Below, piece by piece: positions 12,532 through 24,954 of a DNA stretch of 64,000 bases (the first letter of the stretch is position 1; each line of letters opens with the position of its first letter). Source of the DNA: Pristiophorus japonicus (Eukaryota); NCBI RefSeq assembly GCF_044704955.1, contig NC_091984.1:146692001-146756000 (forward strand), written 5' to 3'. Both the position numbers and the translations under genes were made by a program. The notes under the pieces were generated by a model. That model was not told where the DNA came from. It saw nothing but the letters and a program-made list of their open reading frames with translations, and made no database searches.

Positions 12532-13737
12532 TCAGTAATTGAAGCGTTCACGGATGAGCTGGTGGCGCAGGGCTCGAGCAATTGTTAAAGGAGCACGATG
12601 GACGGCCCTCCTCCGACCTCGTGCTCCGGCATCAGGCACTTGCATGCTTTCCTGATCGTCGTCATCATCCTCATCCTGCTCTTCCAAATTACTATCATCA
12701 GGCACTGGCCCCTCATGTGCATCTTCTGGTTCCACTACCAGCTCCTGCTGCCTCATGATGGCTAAGTTATGGAGCATGCAGCACACAACAGTGAAGTGAC
12801 CGACAATCTGAGGAGAGTATTGCAAGTGGCCTCCGGAATGGTCCAGGCTGTTTCAATATGCCAATGGTCCTCTCAATGATGCTGCGCGTCGCAATGTGCA
12901 CCATGTTGTATTGACGGTCAGCTTCCATCCGTGTCACGTGTAGGGGCGTCATGAGTCAAGTGGCCAGGCCGTACACTTTGTCTCCCAGTAGCCAGCTCTG
13001 CCCTTCTGGTTGCTGCTCAAACATGTCAGATATAATGCTGTCGCGTCGGATGAAGGCATCATCTGTGCTGTCAGGGTATCTCGCATCGACTGACATGATG
13101 CGCTGCTTGTCGTCACACATGAGCTGCACATTGATGGAATGGAAACCTTTTCTGTTCCTGTACTGCTCAGAATCCTCCACAGGTTCTCGCAAGGCGATGT
13201 GGGTACAATCAATGCAGCCCTGTACCTTTGGGAAGCCAGCAATCCTGAAGAAGCCTCACAGCCCTCATGGATCGCTTGTGCGGTCATTGGGAAATTGATG
13301 AAGTCATTCTTCTGCACATACAGTGCAGCCGTGACCTGGTAAATGCTGGCATGAATTGCACATTGAGAGGTGGCGCACACATTTCCAGTTGTAGCCTGAA
13401 ACGATCCCGAGGCATAGAAGGCAAGTGCAGCTGCTCCCTTCACTTCAACAGACAAGGCAGTTGGTGTTCTGCTTCTCGGCTGCAAATCTGCTCTCAGAAT
13501 ATCACAGATCTCAACAACAACTTCTCTGTGGAAACGTAGCCTTTTAACACAATCAGCCTCGCTCATGTCCAGGTACCAGCGCCTGGCTCGATATTGCCGA
13601 TGTGGGTAAGATCTCCTGCCCATCAGCCTACGGGCTATGACGTTCCTGTTGCGGTGAGCTCTAATCAATTCTCTCCTATGCTGTGAATTGCTGGTGAACC
13701 ATTGCATAATCCGTGGTGTTGACAATGCAGCACCCAT
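12532..13737 (-). pseudogene. Harbinger transposase (HARBI1-like DDE), frameshifted
   Basis: NRKGFHSINVQ, LLGD, RSIIERTIGILK and CCMLHN motifs spread over several frames. Confidence 0.92.
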
Positions 13738-13827
13738 TCTGCAATTACAAATTTAAGTTTCAAACTGGCTAGCTGGCTGCCTCTCCCTCCCGGTGCTGTG
13801 CACGCCTACCCTGTCCCCTGGCCGAAT

Positions 13828-16800
13828 CAACCTGCAGATACTGGAATGGTCCGACAAGAGCAGGAGCCTCAGTTGGGGCATTACCGTGATGGGTCCAGAA
13901 TTATTTTTCTGGCACACCACACAGCAGCCTACTACCAGCTGGGCGTGTTTTTTAAATCTCCAACCCCACCAGCTTTTCTGGAACCATGCTGTCATCTGTT
14001 GTGAGGCCAAGTGTCCCCACGAGTGGATCTGTTGGGCTAAAAAAGGCATTAGCGCTTGTGACGCGACTGGCTTGTCGGTAACTCTTTGCCTCCAGACACC
14101 ATCTTCACATAGCTTAATTCATGCCTCAATCCATGTCCATTTTTCCTCTCGGGAGCACTCGCCTTGCATTGTTTGAAGGTCTCGTGTCAGAGTCCTGAGT
14201 GCTTTCAATCTGCACTTCTGTGTTGGTTCTTCTGGGGGAACGCCCTGTGAGGCAGCATCTTTAGCTGCCTGGTCGGCTAGGGCATTTCCCTTTGCTTCCG
14301 TGATATTTTCCTTGGTATGGGCCTTACACTTCAGGATGGACACTTACTGAGGTAATTGTATGGCCTCTAGTAAGTCTCGGACTTCTTTTCCATTTCGAAT
14401 AGGTGTACCAGCAGCAGTGAGGAATCCCCTTTTCCGCCATTATGGACCAAAGTTGTGAGCGATTCCAAAAGCATAACGTGAATCTGTGTAGACATTAGCT
14501 GTCTGTCCTTCTGCTAACTCGGCCTGTTGTGCTGACATTCCTGAGGATAAACGTCCTTTTGCCAGTACCTCATGTAAGGTTGTAACTGCCCATCCTGCTT
14601 TTCCGGTACCATTGTCAACAAAGGAGGAACCATCTGTAAACAGGATGAGGTCTGGGTTGTGCAGAGGCTCCTCTGCTGCTAAGGCTGCTTCTTCTGTTTC
14701 TTTTAAAATCTCCACGCAGTCATGCTCGTCACATTCCCCCCCCTCTCTTGTTCCCTCGATTCTGACATCGGGAGCATAGTTGTGGGATTAACCGGGCTGG
14801 CCCGGACGATATGGAGATTAGGAGCTTACAAAACTGCAGTCCAGCGGGTCCATCTAGCTGCTGTCACCTGAGACATTCTATTCATAGACAGCAAAGCATG
14901 TACGGTGTGGGGACACTTGACAATCAGCTTTTGGTCGAGGACTAGACCCGCAATGATCATTACCGCTCGATATGTAGCTTCCATGGCCCTTAGGCAACTT
15001 CCCCATCCGAGGGCTACCGCATCCATTTTTGCCGAATAATAGCCAATAGGTCTTTGCCGATCCCCATGTGCTTGTTTCAGTATAGCTGTCATATATCCTT
15101 CTTTGTCATGGACAAACAGGGTAATTGGCTTATCACTGTCGGGGATTCCCAGAGCCGTTGCCGAACACAAAGCCTTTTTCAAACTCAGGAAGGCCTCTTG
15201 CTGTTCCCTAGTGAGGGTGATGGCTTCTTTCGAAACACGTTTCCCCCTTAAGATATCATTCAATGGCTGAGCAAGCTGTGTGAAGGAGTCAATCCAATTT
15301 CTGTTAAAGTTACACAATCCCAAAAAAGACCTTAGTTCCTGAATAGTGGTGTTTTTTTTAGCAGCCCGAATGGCTGCAGTTCTATCCTGGGTAAGTTCTC
15401 TCTTTCCTTGTGAAATCTTTTGTCCCAGGTATACAACCTCTTCTTGGGATATTTGTGCTTTGTCGATGCTGGCTTTATGTCCTTTCAGCCAAAGGTGGTC
15501 CAGCAAAGCTCGTAAATCTTGTTCATGCTGTTCTTCTGTGTTTTAAGCTAGCAGGATATCGTCTACATATTGGATGACTGTGGATAACAGGGGAGATAAT
15601 TCTCGCAAATGGCTTTGTAAAGCCATGTGGAATACCGTAGGGCTGTTGTGGAAACCTTGCGATAACCGGGTCCAAGTATACTGTTGTCCTTGGACCGTGA
15701 AAGCAAACCACTGTCGAACCTCCGGTGCCAGAGGCACCGACCAAAATCCGTTGGCCATATCTATAACCGAGAAATATTTATGTTCCGGTTTGAGGGCATT
15801 AAAAATGGTGGAGGGATTTGCGACCAAGGAGCTTTTTGATCAATGCACTGGTTAGCTTTCCTATAATCGACAGTCAAACGCCAAGTCTCATTAGATTTCT
15901 GTACCGGCCACACGGGGCTATTGGAGGAGCTATGCGTTTTAACAAGCACCCCTTGTTTCTCCAATTGCTGCATAACAGGTAAGATTCCCGTGATGGCAGT
16001 TGGACTGATGGGATACTGTTTAGTGCATGGAGGCTTGGTCCCGGTAAATGACGCAGGCTCCGTCTGGAGTAGGCCACAATCATTCTTATCTTTAGCTCAT
16101 ATCGGGTGTTCCTTGAATTCTTCTTTCTTCAAAGTTCTAATTGACCATGTAACCCGACCATCCTCGAAATGCAATGATGAATCTACTTGGATTAAAACGT
16201 CCATTCCCAAAAGGGGTTGATCTACTGGGCCTATCCAGACTGGCGTGGTTAGTTCATGTGGACACAGCCCGATATAAGTACTGGTGTTGTCCTTTTAATT
16301 TCCATTTTATGGCCCCCAACTCCATAGGCTGTACATGCCCTACCATCCAACGGCAAAAAGTCTCCATATCGTAGGGGTAAGCATGTTAATTCCGCCCCTG
16401 TGTCTAAAAGACAGTCCACATCCTTATCGCCCACCCTCACAGTTATATATAGCCCATCTCCCCTTTGTTGTATTAGTGCAAGGAGGTGGACCAGGGTGGA
16501 CTCTAATCATTTTTTGCTATCCCAAGTAACTCCTTCTGTTGTTGTATTGTCAGTCGCTTAAATGCTTCTATGAGGTCGTTATCTTGTGACAAGCCAAGTT
16601 TGTTGGCTGAATGTATACCTGGCTGCGTCCTCTTCCCCGGCCGCAACCTTGCTATTTTGCGCTGCACGTCTTAGCCCAATGACCTTCTTTCCCACAATAA
16701 TGACATTTTCCGGGTAATTTTCCTAATAACTGTTTATCGGAATCCTGGGATTTCCATCCCATAGTCTGTACAGCTCGGACTTTAGCTCCCATATCCCGAT

Positions 16801-18709
16801 CGAATTGGTTACATCGATCCACCAATGCTGCAAAGGTAGTTCCTCTACCTTCCCAGTCCGGTTACTCTACCTTAAGCATTTTGGACAGTTCTGGCTTTTG
16901 ACCTGCCACGAAAGCTGCTTTCAGGGGTCCAAATACTTGTTCATCCATTTCCTCATCCATATTATTCATACCCGAATGTTCTAGCCACGTGCATCTGAAC
17001 CGCTCATCATACTCCAGGACCTCCTCTGTTCCTTTCTGTTGGCAGGCTGCAATTTTTCCCCAGTCTGTCTTAGCTGGACTGAAGGCTTGCAGCCAGTGTT
17101 TAATCGCCTCCCACCCTGTGTCTAATTCTTGCTCATCCTGCCCCAAAGCTTCTTCTATCTTGTGGTGCAATTTTCTTCCTGTTTTTTTGGCACCATTCTG
17201 GTCAAAATTTGAACTCCGCCCCAGGGATGAAGTTGATATATATTTCTTAAGCGGTCCAATTGGTCCCACGTTTTTACTCCCTCTTTCTTTGGATTGGGCA
17301 ATTCCTTGGACCATTTATCAATTTTCTCTGGGTCTGCCGGATCATGAACTAAATATTCTGCATACCCCCTTTTCCTCGTTTTTTTGGTTCCGCCCTCATC
17401 CGCAGTCTCTTCTGATTTGACTACAACTCATCTTTTTTTAAATGGGGCAAAGCGCACCCCTAATTCTTCATCCTCCGACACTGTATCGTCGGAGGATTCA
17501 GAATCCGTATCAATTCCTCGGTCGTGTCTTCAGGTTTGCTCTTTTAATTTATCCAAACATGGGTACCCTGGGAATTGACCAATGCATTTTCCTTTTCCCA
17601 TTACTGTCTCTTGACCTAATGATTTTTTCCATTCTTTAATTTCACCTTTAAGATCTTTAACTTCCGCTTCCGATTTTTCAAGTTCATGTCTTGTCTGTCG
17701 CAGCTGTGCACAAACAGCTTGCAATTGGTCCTTTGTACTGGTCAGTTTTTGATCATGTTGGGAACGCATTATAATTTCATTCCGCTTTCGGATCTGTCCC
17801 ATAATGTCTAGGGACCATCTAGTTCACTCTTTATTTTTCATACGGGTTGTTATTCCCCAGACCCTTTTAATCTCGTCCAAGGACCATTGTCCTTTGGAGG
17901 AACCGTATTTTTCTTCGATCTTAAAATAGGTTTTAGATAAGTTGAATTGTTGCTCTATGTATTCTTTCAACTGTTGGAGGATTTCATCTATCGAAAACTC
18001 AGATGGTGCCTGCCCGCCTTTAACAGTTGTAGGCAATTCTTCGCTCTTATCTCCTGCTGCCATAATACTGATTTCCTTACTGGGGTCTCGAGTCGTAGGC
18101 TTTCCAGCCGATCAGTGGGTCGGTGATTAATTAACTAACACAACGCCGAAGTTAGACGTCTATGGGACCTCGAGCCGACTACCAACTGGAGGGTTCGCAA
18201 TCAGGAGGTTTTCGGAATCGCGTAGAAGGAGAGGCAAATTTAGACTTTTGACCGGGGACTTTTATAAAGTGGAGTCCTTACCTCAGTATGTAGGTCCGAT
18301 GTCCAAATTCAGTTTCTTCCCTCAGCGATCTTGTTCGTGACGCCAAAATTGTTTGATTTCTTAATTCTCAATGAAATACGAACTCCGGTTCTGGTTTTAA
18401 TGTAACTTTATTCTGGCAGCAGCAACAAGCTTCTGGCTTTAAGCCAGGCCTTTGTCCTTCTGAGACCACATGGCCAAAATGGCTGCACTTATACCTGGTT
18501 CAATTTACAGAAAAGAACTCACCTTCTTTGACCTTATTGGCTCAATTGATAGTCTTTTAACCTTTAATTGGCTTGCTACCCAAGGTGCTAAAATGTCAAG
18601 TTGATTGATGACTTAATGCAACATGCTGAGTTGCACGTAACAGCTTTGACTTGGGGTCTGTGAATTTTCACAAAACTGCAGCCAGGCTGCAGAGCTTGAA
18701 TTCTCTATG
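13828..18709 (-). mobile_element. Epsilon-like (class I) ERV fragment: partial 5' LTR, PBS, gag, pro, RT, RNase H, integrase N-terminus
   Basis: NC knuckle CHYCGKEGHWAKTC (about 16664-16714), protease LLDTGA, RT QYVDDILL, RNase H FTDGSS..AQQAEL..YTDSRYAFG. Integrase HHCC, then abrupt end at 13828. LTR remnant 18350-18709 with TATAA and AATAAA. Confidence 0.88.
18328..18345 (-). promoter_or_regulatory. Primer-binding site, tRNA-Ser(CGA) type
   Basis: TGGCGTCACGAACAAGAT, 4 nt after the LTR end. One mismatch to the complement of the vertebrate tRNA-Ser(CGA) 3' end as I recall it (ATCCTGTTCGTGACGCCA). Confidence 0.8.
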
Positions 18710-19639
18710 AGTTACCCTCGCAGCTCGAAGGCTGTTTGCTGTGTCTTCGGCTGTCATTAAGTCACTGAGGCCGCCCCTGTCTCCAACATGGAAGGCTGCT
18801 GCTGCTTCACACAGGTGGGAATATTCAATATTTTGTATTTGCTTTGTTTATAATTTTTTATTCGGGCTGGCTCTTTATTTGTATAAGTAATACTGTTGAA
18901 TGCTTGTAGAATTGAATTACTTCCCCCCTCCCCCGCCCTCATTCCCTATGCCTGATTTGTAACCTGCGCCTGATTTCTAAAGTGTAGACAAGGTTTTTCT
19001 GAGCGTATAAAAATCTACATTTGCTCCATTCTAAGTTAGTTTGGAGTAAGTTTTCGCTGCCGAAACTTTCAAAACAGGCGTAAGTGACCACAAATGCCCC
19101 CTTTTGGAAAAAAACATCTGTTCCAAAATGAAACTGTTCCAACTCACTGGAACTGGAGCAAATTAAATGCTGAGAATTGCAATTTCTAAGATACTCCATT
19201 CTAAACCAGTTGCTCCAAAAAAAAGGAGCAACTCGAGCGGAAAGTTGACTCCTCAGTCTTTGAGTATATTCAAGACGGAGATCGATAGATTTTTGGATAT
19301 TAAGGGAATCGAGGAATATGGGGATAGTGCAGGAAAGTGGAGTTGAGGTAGAAGATCAGCCATGATCTCACTGAATGGCGGAGCAGGCTCGAGGGACCAA
19401 ATGGCCTACACCGGCTCGGGAGGGGCAGAGGGGATGGGAGGGGGAAGGAGGGGCATGTGAGATAGGGGGGCAGGGAGGTGGGGAGGAAGTGGGGGCTGAG
19501 TTGGGATCGGGGGAGGGAGGCTGAGGGATATGGTGTGAGGAGGGCGGGAGTGATGTAGGGAGGCGGGGGAGTGGCTCGAGGTGGGGATGAGGAGAATGGC
19601 TCGGTGGGGCAATGGTAGAGACTGACATCGGCTTCCAGT

Positions 19640-20046
19640 TCAGCAACGCCTCAATTTAAAAAATTCTCATCCTTGTTTTCAAATCCCTCCATGACCTCGC
19701 CCCTCCCTATCTCTGTAATCTCCTCCAGCCCCACAATCCCCCGAGATGTCTATCCTCCTCCAATTCTGCCCTCCTGAGCATCCCTGATTATAATTGCTCA
19801 ACCATTGGTGGCCGTGCCTTCTGTTGCCGAGATCCCAAGCTTTGGAACTCTCTCCCTAAACCTCTCCGCCTCTCTAACTCTCTTTTCTCCTTCAAGACAC
19901 TCCTTAAAACATACCTCTTTGGTCACCTACACTAATTTCTTCTTATGTGACTCGGTGTCAAATTTTGTATCTCATAATACTCCTGGGAAGTGCCTTGGGA
20001 CGTTTCACTACGTTAAAGGCGCTATATAAATACATGTTGTTGTTGA
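19640..20046 (+). mobile_element. L2-like LINE 3' end
   Basis: FKILILVFKSLHDLAPPYL-type C-terminus and AAAGGCGCTATATAAATAC..(GTT)n tail. Copies at 24007-24402 and 45575-45970 on the minus strand. Confidence 0.75.
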
Positions 20047-20107
20047 ATTAGGCAAAATCTGGTATTCTGGATGTCGCCGCTCCTTTTAACACCCTCTCCA
20101 AAGCACG

Positions 20108-20645
20108 CACAGCAAATGTAACGCCCCTATTTACAAAAGGAGGCAGACAGAAAGCAGGAAACGATAGACCAGTTAGCCTAACATCTGTCGTTGGGAAAAT
20201 GCTGGAGTCCATTATTAAGGAATCAGGAGCAGGACATTTGGAAAAGCATAATTCAATCAAGCAGAGTCAGCACGGTTTTATGAAAGGGAAATCATGTTTG
20301 ACAAATTTGCTGTAATTCTTTGAGGATGTAACGAGCAGGGTGGATAAAGGGGAACCATTGGATGTGGTGTATTTGGATTTCCAGAAGGCATTCGATATGG
20401 TGCCACATAAAAGGCACAAGATAAAAGTTCATGGGGTTGGGGGTAATATATTAGCTAGAATAGAGAATTGTCTAACTAACAGAAAACAGGGAGTTGGAAT
20501 AAATGGGACATTTTCCCGTTGGAAAACGTTAACTATTGGAGTGCTGCATGGATCGGTGCTGGGGCCTCATCTATTTACAATCGACATTAATGACTTAGAT
20601 GAAGGTGCCGAGTGTAATGTAGCCAAGTTTGCTGATGATACAAAG
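20108..20645 (+). mobile_element. CR1 RT fragment
   Basis: YLDFQKAFD..GSVLGP..KFADD. Paralogues at 23306-23950 and 44994-45510. Confidence 0.9.
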
Positions 20646-21527
20646 AAGGACGTTGAGCTATCCAACAAACACTATCACACATTACACCAAACAAATGAAA
20701 AAGTAAGGGAGGAAATTAAGGAAGGGATGGCCCCTCCAAAATGTGATTTGGGATTCAATATTCAGATTCTCCCCTGGGTTTGAATTGTGTCTCACGCATT
20801 AGCCATTGTATAGTTGGTTATCGTGGTGTAACTATTTATCTTATCCTGTAAGTTGAAAAAGAATACAAAGGAAGGGAATCTTTAAGGGTTGTTAAGATGA
20901 ACCAAAGCCAAAGTGTTTGTATATAAAACTGAAGTCAGATCAAGGCCGCATATTTTTGTTATAAAAGTGTTGGTTTGTCGGGGAAAAGTACTGTTTTTTG
21001 ATGTAAAAAATAATATTTGACTGAGACTGCAATACACCCAAAAAGAGCTCATGAAAAAAGAAGAATTCCACAAGTAATGTCTCTAGTTTTATATGTACGA
21101 AACATTAAAGGAGGGAGTGTAAGATTACGAATCTTCAGAAAGCACAGAAGGAGACGATGAACTAAAGATTAATACAAGCTTTTGGAATGAAGCTGGATAA
21201 TTAAGGACATTCTTGGTCAGGAACCAAAACTGGCTTCATGCATAACAAGAATGGAGTTGTTACGTGAGGCCCTGAAATTGATTGACCAGGGTGGGGAAAA
21301 CAAGCTCATTGGAGACATCAAACCTGTAAAAAGACTGGACAACAAAGGAACCACACTAGGTGCACATTTTTTGAGACGAGGTGTTAAGATGAGAAATCAA
21401 CTTAAGCCTTGCAGACTCAGTGTGCAACTGGGAAAACAGATGTGTCCATTATTGCAGTCAATCACCCAAGGGGACCACAATCAAATGTATCTATGTAAAC
21501 ACTTTATCAGAAACCGCAGTGGCAGGA
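20646..21527 (+). mobile_element. Fragment of long-LTR retrovirus C: env C-terminus, spacer, PPT and partial 3' LTR
   Basis: KDVELSNKHYHTLHQ..PWV*IVSHALAIV*LVIVV aligns to the env ends of A and B. AAAGGAGGGAG PPT, then TGTAAG at 21118. Confidence 0.8.
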
Positions 21528-21863
21528 TTAAGAATTAGTGTTGCTAGCCTCGAATGGTTAATCGGCATCCAGGAGTTCATTAACCCAACTCTCCGTTATC
21601 AGATGTGAATTATCCCCACACTGAAACACCCACAGTGACACAGACCCACACAGAGACACCCATCTGCACCCACCCCATCCCCCAACACCCCAACCCACCT
21701 CCCCGACCCACACACCCATACCCCTCCCCCACCCACACACACACACCCTCCCACACCCACTAACATGCACTCGCACACGCACTTAAGCGCACTCTCACGG
21801 AAACACCCACAGAGACACACACACTAATATACACCTATTAAACATCCTTCTCCTCCCTTTCAG

Positions 21864-22192
21864 GCCGAGGGAAGACACCACCCACGCTGACCCTGCTGCC
21901 CCCCTCCCCGGAGGAGGTCACGACCAAGGGCACTGCCACCCTGGTGTGCCTCGCCGATCACTTCTACCCCGATGCGGTGGAGGTGGAGTGGAAGAAGGAC
22001 GGGGCGACCATTTCGGCCGGGGTCCAGACCAGCGACTACCTGCGAGCTTCGGACAACACCTACAGTGTCAGCAGCCTGCTGACCCTCTCTGGCTCCGATT
22101 GGGAGTCCAACGCCAGCTTCTCCTGCAGCCTCACCCACGAGAGCCTCTCCTCTCCCCTCAGCAAGGGAGTCAGGAGAGCAGAATGTGCGTAG
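21864..22192 (+). CDS. IGKC: Immunoglobulin light-chain constant exon, kappa type (copy 1), open frame
   Basis: Polypyrimidine-CAG acceptor, phase-1 start. RGKTPPTLTLLPPSPEEVTTKGTATLVCLADHFYPDAVEVEWKKDG..YSVSSLLTL..FSCSLTHESLSSPLSKGVRRAECA*. C1-set Cys/Trp/Cys plus penultimate Cys. Closely resembles nurse shark NS4 as recalled. Confidence 0.95.
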
Positions 22193-22620
22193 TGTGTCAG
22201 GGACAGTCCGCGGGGGAGACGCAACTTTAAATAGAACGGGGTGAGCCGGGAGGGCAAAGGTCATTGTCAGCACTGCATTTCTACTTTCTTCCTTCTCGGG
22301 ACTGGGTCAGGGAAAACATCTGAGGGTCAGGGGGTAAGGCACGTTATTGGAGCAGTGTCAGGGGAGCTTTACTCTGTATCTAACCCATGCTGTACCTGCC
22401 CTGGGAGGATTTGATGGGACAGTGTTGACTCGTGCTGCCAAGTAAAACCTCTCGAAGATGCTGAAGACTGTCAGCAGAGTAAAACTAATGTTAAACTGCG
22501 AAATGCCGCTTCAGTAAGCAGACCCCCTCCCTGCTCACCCTGCTGTTACAATTCAAGGTTTAGTCCCCGTTTAAAGGGACAGGATTCTGACGGTGTGGAG
22601 AGAATCCCCACAACTGTTTT

Positions 22621-22626
22621 AATAAA
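22621..22626 (+). terminator. Candidate polyadenylation signal of C copy 1
   Basis: First AATAAA after the stop codon. Conserved at 41504-41509 in copy 2. Confidence 0.6.
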
Positions 22627-23305
22627 GCTGCATTCTCCCTGTGAATGTCTCCAGCTCGCTCTCGCTGGGCTGTTTATTCAAGTCTTGTTTCTGTAAATGT
22701 GAATCTGTAAAAGGCAATAAACGTGAAGAATATTCAGTCTGTGTCTGGTGAGTGCTTTGGAAATGTCCCACCTTCCCCACAGCTGGATTGGCTGCATTTC
22801 AGTAAGTGTCTGTCCTGATTGGCTGGGTGAGCTGTCTATTAATGACACGTAGCAGGAGATTCGCTTCAAAGCCAATTATCAATCATTTTAAACGATCAAA
22901 TTGATCTCGAGCCCCTGGAGTGCACAAGATTAAACACAGAGACTCTAAAAGCTGCTGGGATTAAACCCTCCCAGTCTGAGCATTGGCTCTCACTCTGCAC
23001 ACTGCGGGTGTTGGGGCAGCTCCCGATGGTGGGATCGCACTGTGCACTCTGTGCTGAGTGCTGGGGGCAATCTGGGGGCAGGAGACCACAGGCACAACGT
23101 TGCATTCTCTCTCCTTAACGTGTGGCTCGTGGCAGCAGCACAAAACTGTACCGAGTGAGGCCCCAGCTTAGGGAGAGGAGCAGTCATACACGTGTATCAC
23201 CGTGTACATGTCCCTGAGTGTTAGTGTGGCTTACCCACTGTAGGGGTGTGTGTGTGTGTGTGTGTGTGTGACTATTACCCAGCACCGCCTGTAGATGTGT
23301 GTGTG

Positions 23306-24954
23306 TTGCTTTCCCACATTATACTCCATCTGACAACTTTTTGCCCACTCACTTAGCCTGTCTATATCCCTTTGCATATTTTTTGTGTCCTCCTCACAAT
23401 TTGCTTTCCCACCCATCTTGTATCATCAGCAAACTTGGCTGCATTACACTCGATCCCTTCATCTATGTCATTAAGGTAGATTGTAAATAATAAGGACCCA
23501 CCACCGATCCCTGCGGCACCCCACTAGTTACTGTTTGCCAACCGGAAAATGACCCATTTATGCTGACCCTCTGTTTTCTGTTAGTTAGCCAATCCTCTAT
23601 CCATGCTAATATATCACCCCCAACCCCGTGAATTTTTATCTTGTGCCTTTTATGTAGCACCTTATCGAATGCCTTCTGGAAATCCAAATACACCACATCC
23701 ACTGGTTCCCCTTTATCCACTTTGCTCGTTACATCCTCAAAGAATTCCAGCAAATGTGTCAAACATGATTCCCCTTCATAAAACCGTGCTGACTCTGCTT
23801 GATTGAACTACGCTTTTCCAAATGTCCTGCAACTGCTTCCTGAATAATGGACTCCAGCATTTTCCCAACGACAGATGTTAGGCTAACTGGTCTATCGTTT
23901 CCTGCTTTCTGTCTGCCTCCTTTTTTAAATAGGGGCATTACATTTCCTGTGCATGCTTTGGAGAGGGTGTTAAAAGGAGCAGTGACATCACCAGATTTTG
24001 CCTCAATTCAACAACAACAGACTGTGTTTATATAGCGCCTTTAACGTAGTGAAACGTCCCAAGGCACTTCCCAGGAGTATTATGAGATACAAAATTTGAC
24101 ACCGAGTCACATAAGAAGAAATTAGTGTAGGTGACCAAAGAGGTATGTTTTAAGGAGCATTTTGAAGGAGGAAATAGAGGTATAGTGTCGGAGATGTTTA
24201 GGGAGGGAGTTCCAGAGCTTGGGGTCCTGGCAACAGAAGGTACGGCCACCAATGGTTGAGCGATTATAATCAGGGATGCTCAGGAGGACAGAATTGGAGG
24301 AGCGGAGACATCTCGGGGGTTTGTGGGACTGGAGGAGATTACAGAGATAGGGAGGGGGCGAGGCCATGGAGGGATGTGACAACAAGGATGAGAATTTTAA
24401 AAATCAACCCCTCCACCGAGCCATTCTCCCCTCTCCCACAGGGCTAGGCTCCCGTCTCCCCCCCACCGGCCCCTTGAGCCTGCTCTGCCATTCAATGAGA
24501 TCATGGCTGATCTTGTACCTCAACTCCACTTTCCTGCACTGTCCCCATATCCCTTTAATATCCAAAAATCTATCGATCTTCGCCTTGAATATACTCAAAG
24601 ACTGAGCCTCCACAGCCCTCAGAGGTAGAGAATTCCAGAGATTCACCACCCTTTGAGTGAAGAAGTTTCTCCTCATCTTATTCCGAAATGGCCAACCCCT
24701 TATTCTGGGACTGTGACCCCTGGTACTAGACTCCCCAGCCAGGGGAAACATCCTCCCTGCATCTACCCTGTCAAGCCCTGTCAGAACTTTGTATGTTTCA
24801 ATGAGATCACCTCTCATTCTTCTAAACTCTGGAGAGTATAGGCCTTGAAACTTGTGGAACCAAGGCGGGTAGATGGAGTTCAGATACAGATGAGCCATGA
24901 TCTGATTGAATGGGGGAACAGGCTCGATGGGCTGAATGGCCTCCTCCTGTTCAA
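23306..24954 (-). mobile_element. CR1 + L2 + CR1 fragment cluster (flank copy B, pre-insertion state)
   Basis: Same order of fragments as 19253-20645/9408-9748 (inverted) and 43637-46717, but without the Harbinger and env-fragment insertions. Confidence 0.85.

Larger units (their letters stand above)
9749..19252. mobile_element. Harbinger/PIF DNA transposon, copy 1 (both ends present, contains ERV fragment)
   Basis: Imperfect TIRs GGGGTCAAGTTTC / GAAAGTTGACTCC. 3-bp TSD TCA (9746-48, 19253-55) inside a CR1. Empty site visible at about 24596-24620. Convergent Myb-like and transposase genes. Confidence 0.92.
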
